Assembly (NCBI RefSeq): GCF_009914755.1
Contig: NC_060930.1
Strand: one strand, 5' to 3'
Source: the human T2T-CHM13v2.0 reference genome, Homo sapiens
DNA length: 64,000 nt
Positions 13,899-28,178 of this stretch are shown piece by piece (position 1 is the first letter of the stretch; each line of letters opens with the position of its first letter). Made by a program: the position numbers and the translations under genes. The notes under the pieces were generated by a model that worked only from the letters and a program-made list of their open reading frames with translations, was not told the origin of the DNA and searched no databases.

Positions 13899-16800
13899 GG
13901 ATGCTTTTATATATTTTGTGTATCATGAATTCTCTTATAGCAGAATATATAATTTAAGACCATCGCCTCAAAATAAAACAAAAACACCAGATTACTTTTG
14001 TGTAGGCAGAGTTTGTTATACACAATTGCAAAATTCTGTTTTCTTAGAAGGCACTATTATATGTACACTTAGGTGTTTAGAAACCTGGAGAAAACCTCAA
14101 ATTTTCATGAAAACAGAAACTTAGCACTATATTATTACAAAGGAAATAGGACTTAAAGGGGTTTTTAAAATTATATTTTAATGGTCTTTGATTAAAGACC
14201 TATCTCAGGACCTGCCTAATTTCCTACCGAATTTCTCCCCCACCCCCTGCCCACCTGCCTTTGCTTGTGTTTTTTCTCTAACCTAACCTCTTCATCTATA
14301 AACTACTTTTTAGAAATTTTCTTGGCTTTGCTTCTCCTTTCTGCCCCTCCATCTGTTATGTGATAACCCTTCAGATCCTAAGAAAAAGACTTTATTATTC
14401 CAAAATGCTACGCCCTTATCACATTCTTACTTTAAAACCCCTTCAACAACCTTAATAAACTTTAATCACATACTTTTATGAACCTGGTCAAAATGTCAGA
14501 ATGTTTTAATATATTTAACATTGTTAAACTACAAATGATAAAAATATTAAAACAACCAGGGCTTTGACTTTTTTTGTGATTATCACATCCTACTTCTAAA
14601 CCTCCAAGCTTAAACTATTTTCCAACTACATTCTCTAATTCTTCCACTTTACTCCCTAGTTGCTCATTCCTACTGATTGTCATCTTCCTTTGATCCCAGA
14701 CTTCTATTTCAGTTCCCCAAGATCACCCCTTCCGCCCATGGCTCAGCAGGCTTCTCTATTCAACCTAGACCTGTTGTCCGGCATTTCAACAACATTCTAA
14801 TAACATTCTAGGATCCTGTAGTCTGTGTTTCTAAAGCATAACTCTCTCTATTCAGTGCCATTGTATTGCTCAAAAATCTTTAATGCTGCACACATTGCCT
14901 ACCTTCTCCTCTCACCCTTCATTTAGAAGAGACCTCCTCTCTGCGGGCTTGAGGAACAATTGTTTTGAGCATTGTTGTGGCACTCATCACATTATCCTCC
15001 CTGGACTATGTCTGGATCCTTCACTGCTTGGACCCTTCCTTGGTCACAAAGGTGCTTAATAAGTGTATGCTGAGAGATAGGGGGGTTGTACAGGGATTCC
15101 TGAAGGTGTGTGTGTGGTGTTTTTTTATTTATTTGTTTGTTTTAGTAATTAGAATCTTTTACATCCAGATCAGGACAACAACTGGGATGTGGAAAAAAAG
15201 TGTCTTATAGAGAGAGAATCTGACAATCTAGTGATATTAGAAAAGTAGTTTGTCCTGGGTTTTATGCATTTATATGGTTCTGTTTCGGTAGTGAAGGTGT
15301 TTATTTTGCTGTTACAGTGCAGTAATTGTTACATTTTAGCAAAAATACACTATAACCTTTTACAATCCAGTGTCTTCAGATAGATTTCTAATGTAATTGA
15401 ATATTCACTGAACCACATCTTTATTGTTTTCACTACTTTTCTATAACTTGAGAAAACTGATATTTCACCCTTAATGCCTTTCACCTGATACTTTAGCAAA
15501 TAAATTATGCATAGGGAGTGTAAGTAAATCACTGCAATTCCTTATCCATTACCACACATATTTATGGATGAAAAAAAGTGATGCATAGCTTGCCTTGTCT
15601 TTTTCCTTTTAAACTTGTGGAAAATTAGTGGCTAAACTGAGAATTAAGGAAATCAAATTCAGATTTTTCAAGATTCTCTGATTAATCAAACATTGCCCTT
15701 TATATTTGGCAAAATAGTCGTTAATGACATAATTTGAATTTTGTGACCCATTAAAATGTTCTTCGGTCTTCTATATTGAAAAAAATGGTATTTGTGTTAT
15801 ATCTCACTTTATTCTTTTATGAAACATTAGGAGTAGGAAAGCTTTTATGCTTACTGAATCCCTTACTTAAAAAACTATGTTGGTGACAGTGAATGTCTCT
15901 CAAAATAAAGCTGTGAGTATTTTAAATGGACAGAAAACTGTTTTCTGCTGGGTTTGCATGTGTTTATAGATGTTGAAGCAATTAGAAATGTTTTTTGCAT
16001 TTAAAAATGACTTTCTGTGTTTTCCCAATATAATTACTAAGACATGTTCCCTCATAAAATCGATCATTTTCAAATCATGAAAATAAGAATATATTTTGAC
16101 AATTCATTAATATAGCAGCTTCATTTATTTGGCAGCAGTATGATAGAAAGCTGGCGCTGAGCTCTGAATGGAGAAGGGCACGTCTCTTTCCTGGCTACCT
16201 GTTAGGATTCTCCTTTAGAACCATCTTTTGGCACTTCCAGGTAAAAGCCAGTTTCATGAGCCAATGTGAATTGCTTTTAAGGGTTTTTTTATTTTATGGC
16301 AGCATTATTTGTTTTTCTTCTACCTTGATTTTTGAGCTTCTGTCAATGTTTCATTATTATGAGGAAAAAACCATTCACCTGGAAACATTGTAAAGATGAG
16401 TGAAGAAAATTTATTATCAAAACTTGTATTTTCATAATTTCTTTGTAAGTTTATTCCTGAATTACAGTTTTATTGTTTAGGCTAAATAGTTTTTATCTTG
16501 TGGAAAGTGAAATCTTGGCTTGGAAGCACTCAGTCACTCAGGCTAGAAACTGATTTGTTATTCTTGACTTTTCTACCTCCTTCATCAAAGCATATCCATT
16601 CTTTTCCAGAAAATTTCCTGAACCCATCTATTGCCTTCCTTTCTCCATCGTTACCACTACTTTACTCAGGCTCTCACCTTTCCTCGCCTGGATGTAACAT
16701 TGCCTACAGTATTCTTCCAGTTTGTTGCCAGTCCCTCCCCTTTCTAATTATTTCCCCACACTGCTTTGTTTCTCAAGTGTAAACTGGATTATGTCAGTTC

Positions 16801-17144
16801 TTGCCTCACATCTTTTCATGATTTTTCACTGCCTGCAGAGCATGGGATACAGTCTTCTCACCATCTGCCTTTCTTGTGTTGTATCTAACAATCCCCCTGC
16901 CCCCCAGCTATCCTTAACTAGTTCAAATAGGTTTAAGTAGCTGTGATGTTTATTATCACCTCCTCTAATGCAGACATAAGTAAGCCTTTCTGATTATAGA
17001 TGAGTAGAGGAGAGATGTCATTCCTAATTCTGATACTTAACATCCTCATTTCTATCATATTCATCCCCACCCCCATGGGTTCCATACTTGCCCACACTAG
17101 GCTGGTGGCCTTCTTTCTATTACGTGTATGTCTTTTTTATAGAG

Positions 17145-17449
17145 TTTTTATTTTTTATTTTTGAGACAGGGTCTCAATCCCTCATCCAGGCTGGACTGCA
17201 GTGATGTGATCATAAATCACTGCAACCTCAAACTCCTAGGCTCAAGCAATCCTCCCACCTCAGCCTCCTGAGTAGCTGAGACTACAGGTGCGTGCCACCA
17301 CACCCAGCTAATTTTTTTTTTTTTTTTTATAGCGATGATGTCTTGCTATATGTTGCCCAGGCTGATCTCTAACTCCTGGGCTCAAGCGGTCCTCCTGCCT
17401 TGGCTTCCCAAAGTGCTGGGAATAGAGGCATGAGCCACTAGGACTGGCC
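17145..17449 (-). mobile_element. AluJ element
   Basis: ctcaagcaatcctcccacctcagcc, J-type left arm, CpG-depleted. Confidence 0.92.
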
Positions 17450-18209
17450 AAAAATATTTTTAGAAGTTTGATGTCTACACAGTTTAAGTCTACTTATATT
17501 CTCTCTGTAGGCATTTATACCAATAAAGTCTTTGCATTCATCGTTGCTAGCATTCTCTTGCTTTTTTTCTTTTTTTCCTTGAAATTTAGCCCTTTTGTAT
17601 ATTCTAGTGAGGTGTGGAAGAACAAGCATTTTATACTGTCATTTAGGCAAATGTATATGTCCTCTTTATATGTCTTCTCTTTGTACTTAGTATAGTATGC
17701 ATTAATCTGGGCTGAGAACAACTTCCTTGTGGCATAGTAATCATTTGGCTTCATTTACTCAATAACTATAATTCTGTTTGTACATCATTTTACCATTTAT
17801 AGAGGCCTTTCATATTTGTTTATTTGATCTGAACAATCCTGTTACATCATTGTAATCACCACCTTCAGCTGATAGACTAAGAAGCTGAGACTTATAAGGG
17901 TCAATGGCATGGCCTAGTACTTCCCAGCTGGATGATGGCTCCTCTACAGGATCATGCTGTTGTCTCTCTTACAATCCTGTTATTTCTGTACTTATTGGTC
18001 AAGACTGCAATTGCTGTTTGTGCTGGAGTATGCTTTACTGATTTTAATTAGCACTTTGGATACATTATTTCATTTGATTTCCCCAGTATTTCTGTTAATT
18101 AGGCAGGGCTGGCATTATTAGTGCCATTTTACAAATAAGGATGATGCAAATCAGAATGGTTAAGTGACTTGTCCCAGTTTGCAGAACTGGTATTTAAAGA
18201 ACAAAAACC

Positions 18210-18535
<326 letters not shown>

Positions 18536-18857
18536 CTAGCCTACTGCCATTCCCAATGCCCCATGCTGCCTCTTTGCTCTACTGTAAGACATGTTGGAAA
18601 AAGAAATAACATTTTTATTCCTGAGATTTCACTGAAACAATTATCTGGTTATGCTGTGTACTAAAGTCTAAAACATTAAAGTTAAATGGCAGCTATCAAT
18701 TTAACTTTGCATGAGTTTTATATGCCATTGTGCTACTGCAATTAATGGAATGCATAGAATCCAATAACACATTGTCAGAAAGGTGTCACTCAAGGGAAAG
18801 ATAATTCAAGGCAAGGGAAAATAATACAAGAGGAGATGTGTTTTAGGATATGGTCTC

Positions 18858-19799
18858 ATAGGGGAAGAAGAATAATTTTTTCTTCAAGCCCTATAGGTTG
18901 GAAAGGACCCATGTAACAAAAGACAGATTAATAGGAGAAAAACAAACAAGTTTATTAACATTTTGTATCAGTTTTCTGTGCTTATAACAGAATATCTGAA
19001 ATTGGGTAATTTATAAAGGAAACAAATTTATTTCTTACACTTATGGAGGATGGGAAGTCCAAGGTCCAGAGGGTGTACCTGGTGAGAGCTTTCTTGCTGG
19101 TAGGGACTCTCTGAAGAGTCTTGAGGTGGTGTAGGGTATCACATGGCGAGGGGGCTGAGTGTGTTAACATGCCAGCTCAAGTCTCTCTTCCTCATTTTGT
19201 AAAGCCACAAGTTTCCTTCCCATGGCAACTCATTAATCTATTAATCCTCTATCCATTAATCCCACCTCTCAATACTGCCACATTAGGGATTAAATTTAAA
19301 CATGAGTTTTGGAAGGGACAGATATGCAAACCATAGCACATGTGTGTGCTATGGAAGACATATGCATGGAAAACATCCAGAAAGTAAGTGGTTCTCAAAA
19401 AAAGGTGCTTTCAATTCAAGTTTACATAGCAAATTCAACTAAGAGCAATAAATTTCTAGAGAAGTGACATGGCAAAGGAAAAGGACTTTGAGTCTCTGGT
19501 GGCAGCAACTTGTGAGAAGGCAAATAAATGGGAGATAAAGACCAGTTGGTAAAGCTTGTTCATATAGTTTCCTCTGGGATCATCTCCACATAATAAGAAT
19601 CTGAAGTTATCTTCACTGATCAACCTTTGTTCTCACTGGGAAAAGGTGGGCAGGATGACTTTTGTCTTTGTGAATCTGTGTTTTGCTTTTAGGCAGATAG
19701 AGGGAGGGCGGAGAACTTTCCTGAATCTGCTTCTTCTTAAATTGCCTTCACTCAATAATCCTTCATATTTTGGGGGGTGGCATCTTCTGGTTTCCCTCA
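18858..19799 (-). mobile_element. MER34-type ERV1 LTR, split by an MST LTR
   Basis: Minus strand starts tgagggaaaccagaagatgccaccccccaaaatatg; left part has taacaaaagacagattaataggagaaaa. Confidence 0.7.
18964..19338 (-). mobile_element. MST (MaLR) solo LTR
   Basis: tgtatcagtttt...aaaccatagca termini; near-TSD cattt/catgt. Confidence 0.85.
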
Positions 19800-19889
19800 G
19801 TATTAGTCTACTCATCCTGCTCTCAGAGTAATTCTCAGGTCCTTCTTAGCCTGTAGGAGGAGGACTTGCAGGGAGGGGAAATCTGTACC

Positions 19890-20174
19890 TTTTTTTTTTT
19901 CTTTTTTTTGATACAAGGTCTTACTCTGTCACCCAGGGTGGAGCATGATCTCAGCTCACTGCATCCTACACCTCCTGGGCTCAAGCCATCCTACTGCTTC
20001 AGCCTCCTGAGTAGCTGGTACTACAGGCACACACCACCATGCCTGGCCAATTTTTGTATTTTTTGTAGAGACAAGGTTTTGTCATGTTGCTTAGGCTAGT
20101 CTTGAACTTCTGGGCTCAAGCCATCTGCCTGCCTCAGCCTCCCAAAGTGCTGGGATGACAGGTGTGAGCCAGCT
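19890..20174 (-). mobile_element. AluJ element
   Basis: Poly-T followed by reverse Alu with J-type ctcaagccatc. Confidence 0.9.
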
Positions 20175-20327
20175 ATATTGTGGTTTTGCTTCATAATCCA
20201 TACCCATTGTTTAATCAGTAAAATTGATTGATTATGGAAACAACAGCCTGTCTACAGAGCATCTTGAGCGTATATGTGGTTCAGCAGGTAGAATCTGTAA
20301 CTGAGCAGATAGAAAGTAGTATCTGGA

Positions 20328-20556
<229 letters not shown>

Positions 20557-20839
20557 TGGAATTCTTTATGATCATAATGACTCTTCACTCCAGGGTTTCC
20601 CTTTAGTTGTGGTATTTGTATAATCTTTGGTTTGATTGTGAATTTCTATGTAATCTAGCAGCTGTTTTTTGCTATGTCACACCTGCATGCACCTGAGTCT
20701 GTGTTCATGGAGTTGGGCATGAGTAGTGTGTTGTGTGAAGGAGGTCAAACATTACTGAGGTGGGTGGCTTAAGGTAGTATATACCAAGTTATGTTTCCTA
20801 ATTTGAAGATAATCATGCAGGAAAATTTATTATAGGGAA

Positions 20840-21060
20840 GAGGATGATATGGTGCGGTGAAAAAATGGGGAATTAGGAATCAAAAGGTTTGAGTTCCCAC
20901 TGCACTGCTGACTTGCTTTCTGATCCTAACAAGTTTCTAACTCCTCCAAGCCTCCATTCATCAGATGATATACAGAAACGCTCTTTCAGGGGGTTGCAAG
21001 GATCTAATTAGAGGCTATTGAAGACTCTTTGTACACTGTAAAATGCTATTCAGATATTAT
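20840..21060 (+). mobile_element. MIR SINE
   Basis: gagttcccactgcactgctgacttgctttctgatcc...acactgtaaaatgcta, a degenerate MIR core. Confidence 0.6.
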
Positions 21061-21591
21061 TTATTTTAATAAACAGTGATTGCTTTATGTCAGGCTCTTT
21101 AACAAAAATTCTTACAATTCAGACCTCCTATCAACACTGCAAAGCAGGCATTATTATCGCCATTAGTCAATAAGGCACCTGGCATACAGAGAGTAACTAA
21201 GTAACTTGCTCACCTACTACTTTTAAGTGATGATTCCCAATTTAAGTTCCAGCTGCTTTTTTGCTATGTTGTCGTGCTGTTAATAAAGGATAAATGGTAG
21301 AGGTTTGAACTTTAACAACAACTTGGATTATGCTTCTAAAAAAATGGAAGTGGTGCTCTAGACTAGGAGTCAGGAGGTTCAGACTGTTACTATATTTTTC
21401 TATTATTTTGGGGTAAGTTACTTAAATTAATTTCATTAAATACGTTTAAAACACTTGGCTATGTTTCTGCTAAGGTTTACATGTAAAATGCTTTCTTATT
21501 TTAATCATTTTCAGAATTTAAAAAATTTCCTTCGAAGGGATCAAAAGTATTTTATGAATCTGTTTTAATATTTTTTTTTCTTTTTTTAAAG

Positions 21592-21664
21592 TCATTCCTA
21601 CACTGGCCAAGATTACAGTACCCAGGGAAATGTTGGGAAGATTTCTTTAGATCAGATTGATTTG
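21592..21664 (+). CDS. PRIM2: PRIM2 internal coding exon (probably exon 9), 73 bp, encoding (S)[24 protein letters not shown]
   Basis: Long T-rich tract and AAG acceptor ending at 21591, donor TTG|GTAAGT at 21665. One base plus 24 codons translate to a peptide I recognise from human primase p58, and it splices in frame to the next exon. Confidence 0.96.
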
Positions 21665-21985
21665 GTAAGTAGAACATTATTTTAAACTTAGAACTTTATC
21701 AATGGAGGGAACATAGATTTTCTTAAATCAAAGACTTTTGGGTGAGGAGATAGAATATTATTTCACTGCTTGCTGATTAATTTTAAAGAAAATCCCATGT
21801 CCTACTTAGATGATTTTAAAAAAAATCATAAGAAAATCATTTAATCAGAAAATTATCTGTACTTTTATGAAAACAGAATTTAATCAACTATTCCAAACAG
21901 GAATTCTTTTAAATAGCTAAATGGAGTTTGTGTTTACATTTAAATAGTGTATACATTTAATAAAGGGGAAATGGAAAACACTAAG

Positions 21986-22345
21986 TGTATTAGTTTGTTA
22001 GGGTTGTCATGACAACGGAAATTTATTTTCTCACAGTCTAGAGGCTCGAAATCCAAGATCAAAGGGATAGTAGGTTTGATTTCTTCCAGGGCCTTTCTTG
22101 TCTCACAGATAGCTGCCTTCTCCTTGTGTTCTCCTGTGGTTTTCCCACTGCTTGCATACATCCCTGGTGTCTCTTCTTTTTGTAAGGACACTGAGTATGT
22201 GAGACCAGGGCCCCACCCCCATGGCCTCCTTTAATCTTAATGAGTTCTTTAAAGGCCCCATCTCTAAATATAGTCACATTTGGAGCTACTAGAGGTCAGG
22301 ACTTGATATATGAATTTCAGGGGGAGAGGACAATTCATCATCTAG
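21986..22345 (-). mobile_element. MLT1A/B-type solo LTR
   Basis: tgtattagtttgttagggttgtcat...ggccccatctctaaatatagtcacatt. Confidence 0.8.
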
Positions 22346-23129
22346 TGTAGGCTACGAGATTAATAGATAGCTTATTTTAGCATCATTTGACTTTGTGGTT
22401 CCATAGGGTAGCGTACTTTGCCATACTTGTAGAATTTCTCTTTAATACATAACAGCATTTGCACTCCATACACAAAGGGAAAATAAGCCAGCCATAAATA
22501 ATCTTGGGTTAGACAACTACCAAATTATTCACAATAAATTAAAAATACACAGGGATTTTAATGCTTGGAAACAAGAACTGTAATAAGACTAGTAGAGAAA
22601 GAACGTGAGTTTGGATCAGAATGAATAGGTCGTCTTCCATTTGAAAAATTATAAAAAAGTACTTGCAGTTAATATGTCTACAAATAACAGTAGGGTTGCC
22701 TACTTTACACAGTTGATTTGTTGATTTGAAATTTGTTCTCAAAGATGTCCCATCTTTTAATTTTTTTATTAAACACTTATCTCTAACAGTCCACTTTCTC
22801 ACTTCCACTCATGTGATTTGTGCTTATATAATGTGAATGGTTGGAGGTTAATTCTGTTCTTAGTTCTAGCTAGATGTTTCCCTATTCACAAGCAAATGTG
22901 AATTTCATTGGATACTGTTGGAGTTCATAGAAATATTAATTCATTTAATGGATATGTATTGAGCCCATCAGTTATGTAGCAGCCATTGTGCTGTGGATAC
23001 AGAAGTGAGGAAAACAGAAAATGTCCCTGCCTTCATGGACCTTACATGAGGGAGAGGGACAACATAATAAATAATAAATGAGCAATATAATGTTAAGTGC
23101 TATGATGATGATCCTGTCATGGGTCTGTG

Positions 23130-24307
23130 CCTGAGACCCCGTGGTGAGTAATACAGATGTATCTTTTTCTGGACTGCCTCCTAACTCTGTATCTATATTG
23201 TTTGATCTTCACAACAGCATGTCATTTGCATATCCCTTGGTATTTGCAACTCTTCTCCAAATGTTTTCTTTAGTTTTTTCTTCTAACAAATCTGGCTTTC
23301 TCAATGCTGTTTCCGCTGTGGGCCTCTTCAAGTAGAGACAACTTTCCCCCCGAGTTCATATATAGGTATGCGGTGAGTGTCTTTCTTGGTCCGCATTTCT
23401 CTGCCTTCCATTGTTACAGCTCCAGCTCCTTTAAAGCCCTCGTGATCTTATTATATCATCTGATACCTCCTTTGTTGCTATTCGACCCCCTCCCCCCACA
23501 CCTGTATTCGTTGATGATTTGAACACCTAGCTAATGGTCTTGTGTACTGGCGCTATTGTTGTTATTGTTCTTGGCCTCTGCAAGATCCAAGTTGATAATT
23601 TATCCCCTATCCTGGACTTATGATTCTTTTGTTTGCTTGTTTTCCATGATCATTTTTCTATCTGTATATAGCCAGACACTATCTTTTTAATTTTTATTAT
23701 TTGGACTACTGCCCACACCTCTTAAGTATCCCTCCTGCTTCCATTCTTACTCTCATATAGTCTTTTCACTACATAACAGCCAGAGTTCTCTTTGTGTATT
23801 GAATCACATCAGTCTTCTGGTCAGAACCCTCTAGTGGGTTTTTATCATATGTAGACTTAAATCCAAACTCATGTTGTGGCCTCTGAAGCCATATGTGCTC
23901 ATCATTTCTATTTTATCTTCTGCTCCATTCCGGCTCATTCACTTGCTCTGGTCACATGGATCTTATTCTCTCTTTTAGCACACCACATTTATTCCTTCTC
24001 AGGATCTTCATTTCACTAGAATCCAACTTACTTTGTCTTACTTGAAATGCCATCTCCTCAAAAAGGCTTCCCTGGCCACCCAAATTGAAGTACCTCTCCC
24101 CTAATCACACTTGATTTCATTTCTCTATTTCATTTCCAGTGTTTTGGCATCAGATGTTATCTTTTTAATGTCTGTATTCATTGTCCGTCTCCTCCTATTA
24201 AAAATAAGCTCTTCGAGGACAGGGTTTTTGACTTCTTTGTTCACTACTGGTTCCCCAGGGCTGTACACATAGTAAGTGTTAAATAAATATTTGTTGATTG
24301 AATGAAT
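23130..24307 (+). mobile_element. L2 LINE fragments ending in an L2a tail
   Basis: Pyrimidine-rich L2 body ending aaataaatatttgttgattgaatgaa. Confidence 0.7.
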
Positions 24308-24760
24308 AAGAAGTAATCAAGGAATGTGCCAAAAGAAATAGAAATTGAGTTGGGTCTTGAATGATGACTTGGCTTTGGCTACATGGCATGTGCATGAGAA
24401 GGGTGCACCAGGCAGGGCTAGCAGAGTGAGAAAAATGAGAAGCTACAGAGCATGACTGCGTGGTCATGGGATAGTGAATAATCCAGTGGACTGGAGCCGA
24501 GGACTCATTTTGGTGTAGTAATAATATACTGGGCTTTCCCAGGCTCCCTGTCACAGTGCTTCTGTGGTGCTCAAGTTTTGCCCTTGTTGGAGCCCTCATT
24601 TTATCATTTATTTCATGTGTTTAACTTACATAGTAGTGAATATAATAATTGTGGTGTCTTTTTCCTTAACTGAATTAAAGGGGACAATTAGGTCCTAGCT
24701 TATTTTCCAGAACACTTAATAAATAATTGTTCTGTTATGTATAATTGAAAAGTAGTTATT

Positions 24761-25116
<356 letters not shown>

Positions 25117-25654
25117 CTAAGGATGTTGAATATTGATTGTATGGATTAGAACAATGTTTAGAAAAAAATCAGATATTAATATGAAGGAACAAAAATGGTC
25201 TCATGAAAAGGAGCTGAAAGGCTTTCTAGTTAGTTCTAGATATAGAACCAAGGGAGGATATAGGTCTGAATGAACTAGACTGGGGATGGAAAAAATCAGA
25301 AGTTGTTACTGTAAAAGAATGAAGAGAAACTAGATGGTCACTAGAGGGAGCAGCAAAGTCAAGCAAAGTGAGACCTGCTCTTTCTTATAGATGAAGTGAA
25401 CTTGCTAAGGCATATGTGAGGGAGTAAGAATTTAAGTCTTGGGAGGATATTTAAGGAAGTCATAGAGAATGCAATTGAAACCGTAAGTGAAAAATTAAAG
25501 TAGGCAATGATATTTCATTTTTGGCACTAAGGCACTAACTACACTTTGTTCCTTTTAACTTGGTTTCTTTAACATATTTATTTGAATTTTCCTTATGAGA
25601 AGTTTCTCTTATTTTTGTATTCTGCTTTGTATTTGAGTTATCTTAAAAGTTCAT

Positions 25655-26350
25655 CTGCTATTCAGCAATTGTACTTTTATCTCAGGGAAATGAAATCTTA
25701 TGTTCACATAAAAACCTCTTCAAGAATGCTTATAATACCTTCATTTGAAATAGCCCAAACTGGAAACAACCCAAGTGTTCTTCAATGAGTGAATAAATAA
25801 ATTATGATACATTCATACCATGGAAAACAATTAGTAATAAAGAAATGAGCTTATATACAACTTAGATGAATCTTGAGGGAATTCTGCTGAGTAAAAAATG
25901 ACAATCTCAAAACAATACATATTATATGATTCTATTATACTCTTGAAATGACAAAATTATAGAGATGGAGAACCAGATCAGTGGTTGCCAAAGATTAGGG
26001 AGCTGAGGGAGGGGAGCAGGGTGCAAAAGATAGATGGGGGTGGTTATAAAATCATGAGAGATCCTTGTGGTGACAGAACTGTTCTGCATGTTGACTGTGG
26101 TGGTGGATGTATGAACCTACATGTGACAAAACTGTATAAAATTTAATACGGAAGTAAGTGCATGAGTACAACTGAGGAAACCTGAATAAGACTAGTGGAT
26201 TGTATCAATGTCAGTATCCTGTTTGTGATAATCTACTGTAGTTGTATATGATTTTATCTTTGGGGGAATTTGGATATATGCTATCTCTTTGTATTATTTC
26301 TTGTAACTGTATGGGAGTCTGTAGTTAACTTCAAAGAAAAAGTTTAATTA
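25655..26350 (+). mobile_element. Old L1 (L1MC-like) 3' end
   Basis: gaaatgaaatcttatgttcacataaaaacc...ggattgtatcaatgtcagtatcctg...aaaaagtttaat. Confidence 0.8.
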
Positions 26351-26620
26351 AATTAAAAAAACAGGTAAAATAAATTTTAATAGTATGTTATTTAATCCAA
26401 AGTATCTAAAATATTATATTAACTTGTAACCAGTAAAAAATGTTAATAAGAAACATCTTATACAGATAAGAGTCATCTGTAACCACAGTAATAAAGTGGC
26501 ACTTTCTTATGGTGTTTTTTTTTTATTCCAATTAAATTGAATTAGGAACCATAACAAATATTACAGGGGACCTGATAAGTCTTCCACTTAACTTAAAACT
26601 CTACTATTTTTTTCTTGTAG

Positions 26621-26806
26621 CTTTCTACCAAATCCTTCCCACCTTGCATGCGTCAGTTACATAAAGCCTTGCGGGAAAATCACCATCTTCGTCATGGAGG
26701 CCGAATGCAGTATGGCCTATTTCTGAAGGGCATTGGTTTAACTTTGGAACAGGCATTGCAGTTCTGGAAGCAAGAATTTATCAAAGGAAAGATGGATCCA
26801 GACAAG
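26621..26806 (+). CDS. PRIM2: PRIM2 internal coding exon (probably exon 10), 186 bp, start of the p58 C-terminal Fe-S domain ([10 protein letters not shown]...GKMDPDK)
   Basis: Acceptor ttttttcttgtag at 26620, donor AAG|GTAATT at 26807, 62 codons without a stop. Overlaps ORF 26648..26887 and contains the FPPCM and [11 protein letters not shown] motifs of eukaryotic primase large subunits. Confidence 0.98.
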
Positions 26807-27192
26807 GTAATTTTGAAAAAAAATATCAGAGTGGTACCTGATATTTTAATTTGGTCTGAAAATGAAACGGTCTATTTTTTTTTTTAAATATGCTCCCTGC
26901 AATGTAGTTGAAAATTCTAAAAGGATAAATGTGTTGACAATTCAGTTTAGATAAAAAGAAACTTGCATATTAATCTAATACAAAAGATTGGGGAAGGAAT
27001 GTTTTCATTTGTAGGTATACTGCCAGTAGTAATTATAAGACTGAAATTGCTTTCAGAGTTATATATCTGTAGGAATGTATGTGTGTCTATACATATGCAC
27101 ATAATGTTTTGAGCACTGGGAGATATCATGAACAAATAAAATGGAACAATTTAAAATATTTTCTATTATGTTATGCAGAATCTTTTATAAAC

Positions 27193-27511
27193 TTTTGTTT
27201 TTTTTTTTTCGAGACAGGGTCTTCTTCTGTTGCCCAGGCTGGGCTGGAGTGCAATGGTGCAATCATGGCTCACTGCAGCCTCGACCTTTGGGCTCAAGTG
27301 ATCCTCCCACTTCATTCTTCCCAGTAGCTAGGGCCACAGGTGGACACCATTATGCCTGGCTAATTTTTTTCTTTTTTTAATTTTTTGTAGAGATGGAGTC
27401 TCACTATGTTGCCCAGGTTGGTCTCAAACTCTTGGGCTCAAGCTGTTCTCCTGCCTTGGCGTGCTGAAGGGTTGTGATTACAGCTGTGAGCCTGAGTCAT
27501 CATACCTAGCC
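27193..27511 (-). mobile_element. AluJ element
   Basis: Reverse Alu about 390 bp downstream of the 186-bp exon. Confidence 0.9.
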
Positions 27512-27787
27512 TATAGAACATTTTTAGATGGACAATAATTACTATAAACCTGAACAACTTTTTAAAAACCCTATCTGCAGTGCTTATATTCCCAATCCTA
27601 TGCCTTGTTTCTCTTTAATAGTGCCAGCTAATAACATTTTACTTGGAAATATGATTTCTTGCCCCTTCTATGCCATGACACTGTGGTATGAAGAACATTT
27701 TTTACTGTTTATTTCTTGATTTGCTGCCTCCTAAAAGTAAATTATGGAAGAAAGAATATTTACCAGGTACATTTTATAGTACTTTAT

Positions 27788-28178
27788 TATGTTTTATGTT
27801 AGTTTGCAAGCATTGCCAAAATAAAATACCGCAGACTGGTTGGCTTAAAAAACAGAAGTTTATTTCCTCACACTTCTGGAGGCTGGAAGTCCAAGATCCA
27901 AGTATTGGCAGATTTGGTTTCTCCTGAGGCCTGTCTCCTTGGCTTACATGTGGCCTTCTTCTTGCTTTGTGCTCACATGGCCTTTTCTCTGTGCATGTGC
28001 ATCCCTGGTGTTTCTTCCTTTTCTTATAAATACACTAGTCTTACGGGATTAGGGCCCCACACTCATCTGATCTCATTTAACCTTAATTATCCCTTTAGAG
28101 GCCCTATCTCCAATTACAGTTGGATTTGGAGTTAGGGGTTCAACAAATGACTTTTAGGAGATCACAATTCAGCTCGTG
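27788..28178 (-). mobile_element. MLT1A-type solo LTR
   Basis: ggcttaaaaaacagaagtttatttcctcacacttctggaggctggaagtccaagatc. Confidence 0.8.

Noticed and set aside
26648-26887. 79-aa ORF as a stand-alone gene or processed PRIM2 pseudogene
   Set aside because: Homology begins at a splice acceptor upstream of the ATG and stops at a GT donor; the preceding exon is 5 kb away, so this is an intron-containing gene.
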